From: Lysobacterales bacterium
GTDB taxonomy: Bacteria; Pseudomonadota; Gammaproteobacteria; Xanthomonadales; SZUA-36
Length of the DNA stretch: 64,000 nucleotides
Reading direction: 5' to 3'
Assembly: GCA_041601535.1 (NCBI GenBank)
Contig: JBFIHZ010000001.1
Coordinates: forward strand, 457-64,456
Shown here: positions 8,339-17,087 of the stretch, one piece after another
Layout of the letters: each line of letters begins with the position of its first letter
Numbering within the stretch: position 1 is the first letter of the stretch
Made by a program: the position numbers and the translations under genes
Notes under the pieces: generated by a model
The model's database searches: none
What the model was told of the DNA's origin: nothing
What the model saw: only the letters and a program-made list of their open reading frames with translations

Positions 8339-8935
8339 ATGACGGACAATACGGTTGCCGCACTGTTTGGTATTTATGATCGTGCCCTGAGTGCGGAGTT
8401 TTGCCGTGACGTGATCCAGCGGTTTGAGAACGACCCACGCAAAACCCGCGGCAAGGTGGGTGAAGGTGCATACCGCCCCGATTTCAAGGGCACCACGGAA
8501 ATAGATTTTGCGGATATCCGTCAGGGCTGGGAAGACGTGATCAATACCGTCAACCAGAGTCTGATGCTGCACTTGCGGCAATATATGAAGCAGTGGAGTG
8601 AGGCGTTCCAGTCGGTGGAAGTGCATCACGAAGGGTTTCGCATGGCTCGCTACAACCCCGGTGAGCAGTTCAATTGGCATTCGGACAATATCGGTAGTTC
8701 CTTCACCCGGGTGATGACGGTAATGTGGTATCTCAACACCGTGGAAGAAGGCGGTGAGACCGATTACAAGTGGATGGGTCAGGCCATCAAGCCGGTCGAA
8801 GGGCGCATGATGATCTGCCCTGTGGGCTGGCCGTTTTTTCACCGTGGTGCGCCGCCGGTGAGCGGGCCCAAATACACCATCATCACCCAATTGCATCAGA
8901 AGCGCCGGGTGGCGCAGGCCAATACGGGTAGCTGA
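8339..8935 (+). CDS. Fe(II)/2-oxoglutarate-dependent oxygenase, prolyl-4-hydroxylase-like
   Basis: RYNPGEQFNWHSDN (HxD), WYLNTVEEGGETDY and FFHRGAPPVSGPKYTIIT (distal His, basic residue). ATG 8339 with GAGG 9 nt upstream. The ORF track starts at TTG 8330. Confidence 0.72.
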   Translation: MTDNTVAALFGIYDRALSAEFCRDVIQRFENDPRKTRGKVGEGAYRPDFKGTTEIDFADIRQGWEDVINTVNQSLMLHLRQYMKQWSEAFQSVEVHHEGFRMARYNPGEQFNWHSDNIGSSFTRVMTVMWYLNTVEEGGETDYKWMGQAIKPVEGRMMICPVGWPFFHRGAPPVSGPKYTIITQLHQKRRVAQANTGS

Positions 8936-8959
8936 TAGCCACCAGGAGTCAGGATACGC

Positions 8960-9916
8960 ATGACGCAAAGCGGCCACCGGGAATGGGAAAATTACTGGAA
9001 TGAGCCGCGGCTTGCCGCCTGCATGCGTAATGAAGAGGGAAACTACGGCGGCGTGATTGGCCAGGAATGGCACCGGTTTTTCACCTCCCTGCAGAAGCAT
9101 AGCCTGGTGGTGGATCTGGCCACCGGCAACGGTGCCATTGCGCTGTTGGCCCTGCAGGCATCAGACACCGCTGGCCTGGACTTGCAGGTCTGTGGCGTTG
9201 ATGCGGTCGATATTGACCCTGCCCGGGTGCTGCCGCAACTTGCCGGTCAACTGCAAAGAATCAATTTCATAGGCAATACGCAGATGGAGCATTTGCCGTT
9301 TGCAGACCGTTCGGTGCACGCGGTTTCCGGACAGTACGCCCTGGAGTATTCCGACATGGACCTCACCATTGCCGAAATTGCCCGGGTACTGGCGGATTCA
9401 GGCCGGTTGAAATTCATCAGCCATACAACCTCTTCCGCGGTGTACGCAGCCACCCTGAAGCAGCTGCAGGAAATTTCCCAGCTGGAAGGCTGGGACCTGA
9501 CGGGCCGGGTGCAGAAAATGGTGCAAACAGAGCCAGGCACCAGTCCGCATGAACGGGCAAAAAGGGCATTCGGCCGTTGTGCATGCGAAGCCATGCATGC
9601 ACTGGACCGGGCAGAGGGGCAGAACCGTGTATTCCTCACCCAGTTCCTGGCCCGGTTGGGTGAAATTTACCAGCATCGTCACGACCAGCGGAAGAAAAAG
9701 ACTCTGGCTGAACTCAGCGACGTCGATGCTGATTTGAAAGCCCATCAATTACGCCTGGAAAGCCTGCGCAAAGCGGCCCTGAACAAGCCGGCCATCGCCG
9801 CATGTGAACAACTGCTGCAACGTTGTGGATTCTGCCTGCAAGATTCAAGGTCTGTACGCGAGGCGCCGGACCGGCGCCCACTGGGCCATTGTTTTGAAGC
9901 CAGCCTGATCCACTGA
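8960..9916 (+). CDS. Class I SAM-dependent methyltransferase
   Basis: Motif I VVDLATGNGAIA and post-I/II region (FADRSVHAVSGQYALEY). The C-terminal ~150 aa helical extension is of unknown function. Confidence 0.72.
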   Translation: MTQSGHREWENYWNEPRLAACMRNEEGNYGGVIGQEWHRFFTSLQKHSLVVDLATGNGAIALLALQASDTAGLDLQVCGVDAVDIDPARVLPQLAGQLQRINFIGNTQMEHLPFADRSVHAVSGQYALEYSDMDLTIAEIARVLADSGRLKFISHTTSSAVYAATLKQLQEISQLEGWDLTGRVQKMVQTEPGTSPHERAKRAFGRCACEAMHALDRAEGQNRVFLTQFLARLGEIYQHRHDQRKKKTLAELSDVDADLKAHQLRLESLRKAALNKPAIAACEQLLQRCGFCLQDSRSVREAPDRRPLGHCFEASLIH

Positions 9917-9941
9917 GGCTGCTGATGGAACTGCGGTCATC

Positions 9942-11009
9942 GTGAAACTGTCCGCCCCACCGGATTCAAGCCAGTCTGACCTTGTCAGTCCGGACTGGTT
10001 TCTGGCCGGTATCGACCCACCGCATGACCGCTTCCATTTCGCCCGCGTCAGCCAGCAAACCTACCGCGATTCCGCTTTTCTCGATCACCGGATCACACCC
10101 CGGCCAAGTGAGATGCGGTCACTGACCGCTGAGCAACTCTGCCTGCAGTCAGCATCCGCCAGCAATTCTCCGGCCGCATGGATTTTTCACACCGCTTTTT
10201 GCTGTTCTACGCTGTTGGCGTTTTGCCTGGATCAGCCGCAGCACACGCTGGTGCTGCGCGAGCCTGCAGTCGCCTCGTCACTGGCGCAGTGGCTGCGCGA
10301 GCATGGCGAAGAATCCTGGGATGGCGGTGCACGACATGTAATGGCCCTGTTGTCCAGATCGTATGCACAGCAGCAGGTGCTGATCAAGCCGTCCAACTAC
10401 GCCAATGCATTGCTGGGCGGAGTCCTGTCAGGCCGCTGGCTGGATTCCGCCGCCGGGCACGCCCCGCGCTGCCTGTTGATGAGCAGCAACCTCAACAACC
10501 TGGTGGTTTCCGTGCTGAAGAAAAGCACGGAAGCCGCCCGTTTGTTGCCCGGCTTTCTGCAGTCGCTGATGGTGGATAGCGATTACGCTGACAGGCTGAA
10601 CCTGCCCGCCCTGGACCGTCTGGACCTGGCGCAGCAGGCCGTGCTGTTCTGGCATTGCCAGCGCTATCACTTCCAGCAGGTCATGCATGGCCAGCCCTCG
10701 GGCAACTACCAGGCCCTGACCATGGAAGCGTTCCTGGCCTCTCCGGAAGAAACCTTGCACAGCGTGGACACGTTTCTGCATCTGGGCTTGGGACCGGAGC
10801 GCATTCATCAAACCGTTGTGGCTGGTGCGTTTGGCAGGCATTCCAAGGCCGGTGGCACCTACAGTCCGCAGCAGCAACGTGCAGAGGCCCTTCAGGTCAG
10901 TTCGAAATTCGGCGCTGAAATCACCGCGGCCCGGCAGTGGGCCCGGCCATTCTTGCGTGAATTGCCGGTTGAGCCACTGACACCGCAGGAAGACCCATTT
11001 GCCGAATAA
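9942..11009 (+). CDS. Sulfotransferase-fold paralog with degenerate cofactor loops (putative pseudo-enzyme)
   Basis: IFHTAFCCSTLLAFCL aligns with IHHMARTGGTLICRCL of the 7370 gene. LMSSNLNNLVVSVL replaces RxPxDxxxS. It keeps the C-terminal LTMEAFLASPEETLHSVDTFLHLGL motif. GTG start, no clear RBS. Confidence 0.5.
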   Translation: MKLSAPPDSSQSDLVSPDWFLAGIDPPHDRFHFARVSQQTYRDSAFLDHRITPRPSEMRSLTAEQLCLQSASASNSPAAWIFHTAFCCSTLLAFCLDQPQHTLVLREPAVASSLAQWLREHGEESWDGGARHVMALLSRSYAQQQVLIKPSNYANALLGGVLSGRWLDSAAGHAPRCLLMSSNLNNLVVSVLKKSTEAARLLPGFLQSLMVDSDYADRLNLPALDRLDLAQQAVLFWHCQRYHFQQVMHGQPSGNYQALTMEAFLASPEETLHSVDTFLHLGLGPERIHQTVVAGAFGRHSKAGGTYSPQQQRAEALQVSSKFGAEITAARQWARPFLRELPVEPLTPQEDPFAE

Positions 11010-11021
11010 GCCGGGTCTTGC

Positions 11022-11714
11022 TCAGGCTGTGGCTGATGACTCCTGCCAGCGAAAGCTGTAGTTCGCGGCTACGGTGATGCGCGGCAATTTCCCCAGATAG
11101 GGCGTCACCTCATGCTGGATGAAGGAAGGAAACACCAGCAGTTCCCCCGGCTTCATCGGGTAGTTCACTGAGCCGACGTGGTGCGGGCGTTGCCAGTTTG
11201 AATTACCGGCATCACGGTACATGTGCGCGGTGGTGCGCGGATCCTTGAAGTTAAGCGTGCCGCTCAAGGGCAGGTCTGTCGGTGTTTCGCCGGGGTCGAC
11301 CATGTATACCGCCGACCAGGATGCATTGGAATGGATGTGGCTGGATATATAGCCGCCAAAGTGGGTGACGTGATACCAGGCATCCGTTATCACCCGCAAG
11401 CGGCTGCAGTCCTCGGGTGAGTAGCCGTTGGTACTGGCTACCGCGTGCAGCACGCCATGCAGGAAAAACATTTTCAGTTCCTGGATGGCTGGATGAGGGT
11501 CGCGGAACAAGTCAAACGTACTTTCAAATATGCGGACCTGGTTACTCGGAATGTACTCCTTGTTGCGGTACTTCTCGCCTTGCGCCTCCTGTTCCAGGAT
11601 AAGGCCTTTCAGCGCCTCGTTCAGCGCTTTGGGTTGTGGGTAGCTGGCCGAGAATACCGGGGTGGAAAAATCGCCCCAGCTTTTGATTTCAGGTTTTTGT
11701 GTGTTGGCTGGCAT
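11022..11714 (-). CDS. TIGR02466-like putative 2OG-Fe(II) oxygenase family protein
   Basis: GGYISSHIHSNASWSAVYMV and LLVFPSFIQHEVTPY are typical of this family. I prefer ATG 11714 (MPANTQKPEIK, GGGGA 8 nt upstream) over the longer ORF reaching 11807. Confidence 0.68.
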   Translation of the reverse strand: MPANTQKPEIKSWGDFSTPVFSASYPQPKALNEALKGLILEQEAQGEKYRNKEYIPSNQVRIFESTFDLFRDPHPAIQELKMFFLHGVLHAVASTNGYSPEDCSRLRVITDAWYHVTHFGGYISSHIHSNASWSAVYMVDPGETPTDLPLSGTLNFKDPRTTAHMYRDAGNSNWQRPHHVGSVNYPMKPGELLVFPSFIQHEVTPYLGKLPRITVAANYSFRWQESSATA

Positions 11715-11812
11715 ACAGGGTGTCCCCGCGGGTCCAGGTGAAAGAGTCGTGGCTGCCGGCCTGTCTGTCAAGTGGGCAGAACCGCAATCGTGTCCACTGC
11801 CCCGCACAGGGG

Positions 11813-13177
11813 TCAGACCGCCGAGGATTTCAGCTTGCGCGCAATGTCGGCTTTGGCGCTGCGAATCAGCGAATCCCGGTCCAGCGAGTCCTGGATGGCC
11901 TTGGCCACCTCGCGTGGGCCGTTTTTACCCCAGGACTTGCCCCTGGCGAACCAGCTTTGCGCGACCTGGCCGGTCAGGTAGGTTGCGTACCACGCCAGGC
12001 CACCCTGCGCGGACGCCGTTACCACCGTGGATAATCCGGCGCTGGCGGTTTTCATCGCGCTGGACGCCAGATTGATGCCCCAGTAAGCCCCCATCAGGGC
12101 TGCCAGTTGGGCGGAAATGGTCAACACCAGCTTGGCGGCTTCGCGGCGGGACAGGCGAAACCCGTAAACCTCACCGAGGTGAATAACCATGGCCACGTCG
12201 GTGCCGGCCGCTGCGATCAGGTCGGCGATCGGCACCGGGTTGGCGGCCACCACCAGCCCCTTGACCATGCAGTAGTTGCGAATAATGCGTTCGGCCACCG
12301 TTTTACGCGCGGCCACGATGCGGCGGGCGACTTTCTCGTCCAACTCGCTGGCAAATACGGACGCATTGAGCGCCACCAGCGCCTTGCCTTCTTTTTCCAG
12401 CAAGGTCCACAGTACGGAACGCAGTTCACTGACCTCAACCGGGCGGGGCCGGCGGGTTTCACGTTCCGTGCCATCAGGCTCTGCGATGATGACGGTTTCA
12501 TCGCGTGGTTCCGCGGCCGCCGCCAGCACCAGGCTGGCCGGCAGCAAATCAGCTGTGCGCTGGCGCAGGCGTTGCAACAGCAATTGCTGCTCGGAACGGG
12601 TGTAACGGTCCGCTTTATTCAACACCAGGATCACGTTGCGGCCCGCTCTGGCCAATTCATTCAATGCCCGGAATTCCTGTTCGGTAAGGTCTGCCTCGCA
12701 GACAAACAGGATCAGGTCGGCGCGGCGGCTGACCTCCCGAGCGAGTTTCTCGCGCTGCTGTCCATCGAGTTCATCAATGCCGGGTGTGTCAATCAACTGT
12801 ACCCGACCTTGCTGCAGCAGCTGCCACTGGCTGCGGGCTTCCTGTTTGGTTTCGCCATGCAGTGGGCTGGTCTGGAAGCGGTGCTGGCCCAGCAGGGTGT
12901 TCAGCAGGGACGATTTGCCAACGCCAACACGGCCGTATGCTGCAATGTGGATTTCTTCCTGCTGAATCTTATGCGCGATTTGTTCAATCTGCTCAAACTC
13001 TTGCGCCAGTTCAGCGCGCACCGGTGCCGGAATGCTGGAGTCTTCCAGCAGCCTGCCCAGGTTGCTGTAGGCGGCGGCCAGATGGCGTTCCTGTTGCGTG
13101 AGGTCAGGTTTCCCGTTGTCCGTTACGCGTGAGTGCCATTTTTGCAAAACGGACCGCACCGGATTCCAGATTCTCAT
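11813..13177 (-). CDS. GTPase-DUF697 fusion protein (no N-terminal TM)
   Basis: G1 GRVGVGKSS, G3 DTPG, G4 NKAD. C-terminal hydrophobic DUF697-like region (VAANPVPIADLIAAAGTDVAMVIHLGEVYG). ATG 13177 is preceded by GAGGAA with 7-nt spacing. Confidence 0.75.
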   Translation of the reverse strand: MRIWNPVRSVLQKWHSRVTDNGKPDLTQQERHLAAAYSNLGRLLEDSSIPAPVRAELAQEFEQIEQIAHKIQQEEIHIAAYGRVGVGKSSLLNTLLGQHRFQTSPLHGETKQEARSQWQLLQQGRVQLIDTPGIDELDGQQREKLAREVSRRADLILFVCEADLTEQEFRALNELARAGRNVILVLNKADRYTRSEQQLLLQRLRQRTADLLPASLVLAAAAEPRDETVIIAEPDGTERETRRPRPVEVSELRSVLWTLLEKEGKALVALNASVFASELDEKVARRIVAARKTVAERIIRNYCMVKGLVVAANPVPIADLIAAAGTDVAMVIHLGEVYGFRLSRREAAKLVLTISAQLAALMGAYWGINLASSAMKTASAGLSTVVTASAQGGLAWYATYLTGQVAQSWFARGKSWGKNGPREVAKAIQDSLDRDSLIRSAKADIARKLKSSAV

Positions 13178-14564
13178 GTAACAGTTCCTCAAATGCCTGC
13201 GCCGCCGGGAGTGGCCGCAGCTCGCCACGGCTGGCCAGGGTAGCCGCCGCTGCCCGGCCCAGGCTGTCGAATATCATGCCATACGCCACGGCGTGAACCA
13301 TGCCGCCGGTCAGCGTGCCAATGCCGGGAAACGCTTTCAGCGCGTTGCCGGCAATGGCCAGTGTAATGGCGGTCATATTCTTGACCTTGCCACCCGCCAG
13401 CCGCAAAAACGATTCAATCTCCATTTCCTTGACCGGCACGTCGTACAGGCTGGACAGTTCGCGCATCAGTTGCGTGGCCAGTACACCCTGGATCACGAGG
13501 TCGGACCCTGGTGCAACGGCTGCCAGTGCGCCAACCACAGCGCGGCGGGCGTAGCGGCTGACCAGTTCATCGGCCTGCTGGCTGCGATGCCGCGATCGGG
13601 CTGCAAGCAATTTGTCGTTGGCCAGCATCAACACCGCGGTATCCCGCAACGACTCCATCAATTCCCGGTCTCGGTCAAGCAGGCTCTGCACCGCGTGCAG
13701 CAAGGGCAGAATTTCCGCTGGCCGTTGCCGGCTTACCCGTTCTTCAATGCCTTCACCCAGCAGCCGTACCACGTCTTCACGGCCGCCCGCCTGGATGGTT
13801 ACCACGTTCTCGGCAGACAGCCTGGAGTGTTGCTGCAAGCGGTGGCGCAGCTGCTCCAGCTCATCAGCGGTGTAGCGGTCGGATTTGTTCAGTGCCAGCA
13901 CGATCGGCTTGCCCAGTTCCCGCAGCTGGTGCAACTGCCTGGCCTGGCTCGCCGTGAGGTCGCCGTCACACAGAAATATCACCAGATGGGCGCGGCGTGT
14001 TTCCTCCAGCGCCGGCGTTTCTTCGTCAAAATTAAAACCGGGCAGGTCAGCAATAACCACCTGATCCCCGGATGGAGCGGTCCAGCGATAATGCGTTATC
14101 ACCTGCGTGGTACCCGCGCGCGCATCGCAATCTATTTCCGCCTGTGGCAGCAGCGCTTTGACCAGACTGCTCTTGCCGCTACTCACTTCACCGTGGATGG
14201 CGATATACAGTTCGCCACTGGATTTTCGCCGGCGCTGTTCACTGATTTCATCCAGTGCGTGGCTGATATCCACACCCTGGCGCGCTGCTTGCAGCAGATC
14301 GTTCTGCAGGGATTCAGCGTCAGCCGGCGCGGTCGGGGCGGCTGGGCCGGGTTTGCGGGAGGGCCGCAGCCACGACCAGAAGCCGATGGCGGTAACCAGC
14401 GGCAATGCCAGCAGCAGAATGGCATAAGTCCAGCGCAGCCAGGCAGGCGCCTGCTGCAGGTAATTCCACACCGACAAGGCGGTATCGGTGGCCAGCAGGA
14501 ACAGGAACAGCACCACCAGTGCTGCCAGCATAACCACAGCACTGACCAGCCACTTCAGTGGCAT
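13104..14564 (-). CDS. Membrane-anchored GTPase-DUF697 fusion protein
   Basis: Two N-terminal TM helices. G1 GEVSSGKSS, G3 DLPG, G4 NKSD. C-terminal DUF697-like region (AVAPGSDLVIQGVLATQLMRELSSLYD). ATG 14564 has AGGA 6 nt upstream. The ORF extends to GTG 14582. Confidence 0.75.
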   Translation of the reverse strand: MPLKWLVSAVVMLAALVVLFLFLLATDTALSVWNYLQQAPAWLRWTYAILLLALPLVTAIGFWSWLRPSRKPGPAAPTAPADAESLQNDLLQAARQGVDISHALDEISEQRRRKSSGELYIAIHGEVSSGKSSLVKALLPQAEIDCDARAGTTQVITHYRWTAPSGDQVVIADLPGFNFDEETPALEETRRAHLVIFLCDGDLTASQARQLHQLRELGKPIVLALNKSDRYTADELEQLRHRLQQHSRLSAENVVTIQAGGREDVVRLLGEGIEERVSRQRPAEILPLLHAVQSLLDRDRELMESLRDTAVLMLANDKLLAARSRHRSQQADELVSRYARRAVVGALAAVAPGSDLVIQGVLATQLMRELSSLYDVPVKEMEIESFLRLAGGKVKNMTAITLAIAGNALKAFPGIGTLTGGMVHAVAYGMIFDSLGRAAAATLASRGELRPLPAAQAFEELLHENLESGAVRFAKMALTRNGQRET

Positions 14565-14744
14565 GACCCATCCTGCGGCCACTGTGAGGAGGTGCCAGGA
14601 GGCAAGGGGAATGCGTAATTCATGGCCTTATTCTAACAGCCGTTGCATGAAATGCCTTGGGCAGGTACATTGGCAATTACGGGCACCGTGCGCCCTGTTT
14701 CCGTCAGCAGTTCTACGGTTCAATTGCGGTGTCAGGGGGTCACA

Positions 14745-15971
14745 ATGCAGGGCATGAATTCTTCTTTTATGCGGCCCAGGCGGCCGCTTTCCCGTCTTTC
14801 CAGCTCATTGTTTGGAGTGTGCCGCGGCACACCTCCACGGGTTCGCGGCGCCAGCCTGCCCGAGCATTTCAGCTTGTGCCGCCTGGGGCTGGTGCGCCAT
14901 GAATTGCGCACGCCACTGGCAGGCATTATGGGCATGGCCGAGTTGTTGTCCGACTCACCCTTGCGCAGCGAACAGGCTGCCTGGCTGGGCGCCCTGCAGC
15001 AATCCGGACGACAGTTGCAGTGTTTGCTCGAGCGGGTCAGCCGCTCAGGCCTGGCCCCGGTAATGCCGGCCGGACTGAGGCAGCATTCGTTTGATGGCCA
15101 CCGGTTTCTTGAGCAGGTGATGCTGTCACACTGGCCAGAGGCAAAGCGCAAACACCTCGGGCTGTACCTTGAAGTGGACCAGGCGTTACCCACGCAGTGG
15201 CATAGCCATGCGCCGACCTTGCGGCAATTACTGGACAACCTGATCGCCAACAGTCTGAAGTTTACCCAGGCAGGCCATGTGCTGCTCCGTGCGCGATTGC
15301 AAAGACACGCTAGCGCCGCAGGCCCGGCCTTGTCGCTCTGCGTGGAAGATACCGGGGTGGGGTTTTGTGAACAGGCGGACCAGTCGGTTTACGCCGTGCG
15401 TGAACAGGGGCAATGCACCCCGCAGATGGCCATCAGTGGGCGCGGCATGGGATTGCAGATCTGCCGCTACAACACGCAGTTGCTGAAAGGCCAGTTGAGC
15501 AACCAGTCCGTACCGGGCGATGGCAGCCGCTTCGAACTGGTATTGCCGGAGGTGCTCAGGCAACAAGCCAGTGGCATCAGGCAGCGGCCGGCGCTGCTGG
15601 GTACCCTGGTTTGCCTGCTGGGTCTGTCCGGGCCTTTGCGCGCTGTGGTTGAGCACCTGTTGGGTCGACTTGGCATCGGTATTGTGCGGATGCCATCGCA
15701 GCACATGGATCGCTTGCCTGAGGGGGTACAGGTGGTGATCTGTGACCCCGTGCATGCCCGGCGCCTGCGCTGGCTGCCCGGTTTGCATCAGTGGTGCGCG
15801 CAAGCCATGCTGCTGTCGCCGGATTATCAGGTGTCCGATAGTGGAGCGCCAGGCCCACCCAGGCTGGCCTGTACCGCCTTGCCTCAACCAGTGATCCGCT
15901 CCAACCTGGAGCCTTTGCTGTTACAAGTGGCACTGCAGCGCGCGCTGCAGGCCGGAAAAGGGCTGGAATGA
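14745..15971 (+). CDS. Soluble sensor histidine kinase with a C-terminal receiver-like (degenerate) region
   Basis: H-box LVRHELRTPLAGIMGMAELL, N-box DNLIANSLKFT, G1 VEDTGVGF, G2 GRGMGLQICR. No TM segment. ATG 14745 with AGGGGG upstream. Confidence 0.72.
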   Translation: MQGMNSSFMRPRRPLSRLSSSLFGVCRGTPPRVRGASLPEHFSLCRLGLVRHELRTPLAGIMGMAELLSDSPLRSEQAAWLGALQQSGRQLQCLLERVSRSGLAPVMPAGLRQHSFDGHRFLEQVMLSHWPEAKRKHLGLYLEVDQALPTQWHSHAPTLRQLLDNLIANSLKFTQAGHVLLRARLQRHASAAGPALSLCVEDTGVGFCEQADQSVYAVREQGQCTPQMAISGRGMGLQICRYNTQLLKGQLSNQSVPGDGSRFELVLPEVLRQQASGIRQRPALLGTLVCLLGLSGPLRAVVEHLLGRLGIGIVRMPSQHMDRLPEGVQVVICDPVHARRLRWLPGLHQWCAQAMLLSPDYQVSDSGAPGPPRLACTALPQPVIRSNLEPLLLQVALQRALQAGKGLE

Positions 15972-15984
15972 CCTGCCGCCGGCC

Positions 15985-17055
15985 TCAATCACCGGCCTGG
16001 TGGAAGGCCGGGCTGTACTCCGCCACTGCACGGATAAGACCATCCAGGTGGTCGGGATTGACATCAGGTGTAATGCCGTGGCCCAGGTTGAACACATGGC
16101 CCGGGCCTTTGCCAAAACTGTCCAGCACCTGTTCGGCCTCATGGCGGATCACTTGCGGGCTGGCCAACAGGATGGCCGGGTCCAGGTTACCCTGCAGCGC
16201 TACCCGATCGCCCACGCGGGCCCGGGCTTCGGCCAGGGAGATGGTCCAGTCAACACCCAGCGCGTCGCAGCCGGTATCTGCCTGCGCTTCCAGGTGGGCA
16301 TTACAGTTTTTGCAGAACAGGATGACCGGCACCGGGTTGCCATCGTGCTGACGTTCCAGCCCTTCGACGATACGTGCCAGGTACTGCAGCGAGAAGGCCT
16401 GGTAGGCCGGGGGCGACAGCACGCCACCCCAGGTATCGAACAGTTGCACCGCCTGGGCACCCGCGCGAATCTGCGCATTCAGGTAAGCGGTTACCGCGTC
16501 GGCCAAGCGGCCCAGCAGATCATGTGCCAGCGCCGGCTCGTTGTAGATCATCTGTTTGACGAGGTTAAACGTTTTGCTTGAACCCCCTTCCACCATGTAG
16601 GTGGCCAGGGTCCATGGGCTGCCGCTGAACCCGATCAGCGGCACCCGGCCATCGAGTTCCCGGCGTGTGACACTGATGGCATCCATGACGTACCCCAGTG
16701 AATCGGCGATGTCCAGTTTTGGCAGTTGTTTCACCTGTTCAGCGGAGCGGATCGGGCGCTCAAACTTGGGGCCTTCACCTTCTGAAAAGTACAGGCCCAG
16801 GCCCATCGCATCGGGAATGGTAAGAATATCCGAGAAAATGATGGCGGCGTCCAGGTCAAATCGTCTCAGCGGTTGCAGCGTCACTTCGCAGGCCAGTTCC
16901 GGCGTACGGCACAGGTTCATAAAACTCCCGGCCTGCGCGCGGGTGTTGAGGTATTCGGGCAGGTAGCGGCCGGCCTGGCGCATGATCCACACCGGGGTGC
17001 GGTCCACCGGCTGGCGCAGCAGGGCGCGAATGATTCGGTCGTTTTTCAGGGTCAT
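15985..17055 (-). CDS. hemE: Uroporphyrinogen decarboxylase
   Basis: [35 protein letters not shown] and full-length similarity to HemE. Confidence 0.95.
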   Translation of the reverse strand: MTLKNDRIIRALLRQPVDRTPVWIMRQAGRYLPEYLNTRAQAGSFMNLCRTPELACEVTLQPLRRFDLDAAIIFSDILTIPDAMGLGLYFSEGEGPKFERPIRSAEQVKQLPKLDIADSLGYVMDAISVTRRELDGRVPLIGFSGSPWTLATYMVEGGSSKTFNLVKQMIYNEPALAHDLLGRLADAVTAYLNAQIRAGAQAVQLFDTWGGVLSPPAYQAFSLQYLARIVEGLERQHDGNPVPVILFCKNCNAHLEAQADTGCDALGVDWTISLAEARARVGDRVALQGNLDPAILLASPQVIRHEAEQVLDSFGKGPGHVFNLGHGITPDVNPDHLDGLIRAVAEYSPAFHQAGD

Positions 17056-17087
17056 TGCGGTATTTCCTGGTGTTTGGGGTGGCCGCT

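Noticed and set aside
6624-11812. Small precursor-peptide (RiPP-like, RaxX-style sulfated peptide) ORF within or beside the sulfotransferase island
   Set aside because: The intergenic gaps (6692-6774, 8195-8338, 8936-8959, 9917-9941, 11010-11021, 11715-11812) contain no small ORF with an RBS that I could find. The only one spotted is a 6-codon ATG...TGA at 9925. No peptidase-ABC exporter is present. This cannot be excluded without ribosome profiling.
11813-14582. The idea that the two GTPase ORFs are one frameshifted gene or pseudogene
   Set aside because: Each ORF independently contains a full set of GTPase motifs and its own DUF697-like C-terminal domain. The second has a good RBS and ATG, so these are two genuine paralogs.
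12107-14618. Two long + strand ORFs (12107-13132, 13293-14618) opposite the GTPase genes
   Set aside because: Their translations are Gln/Gly/His/Arg-rich with no domains or RBS. The minus-strand products have complete G1/G3/G4 motifs, so these are shadow ORFs.
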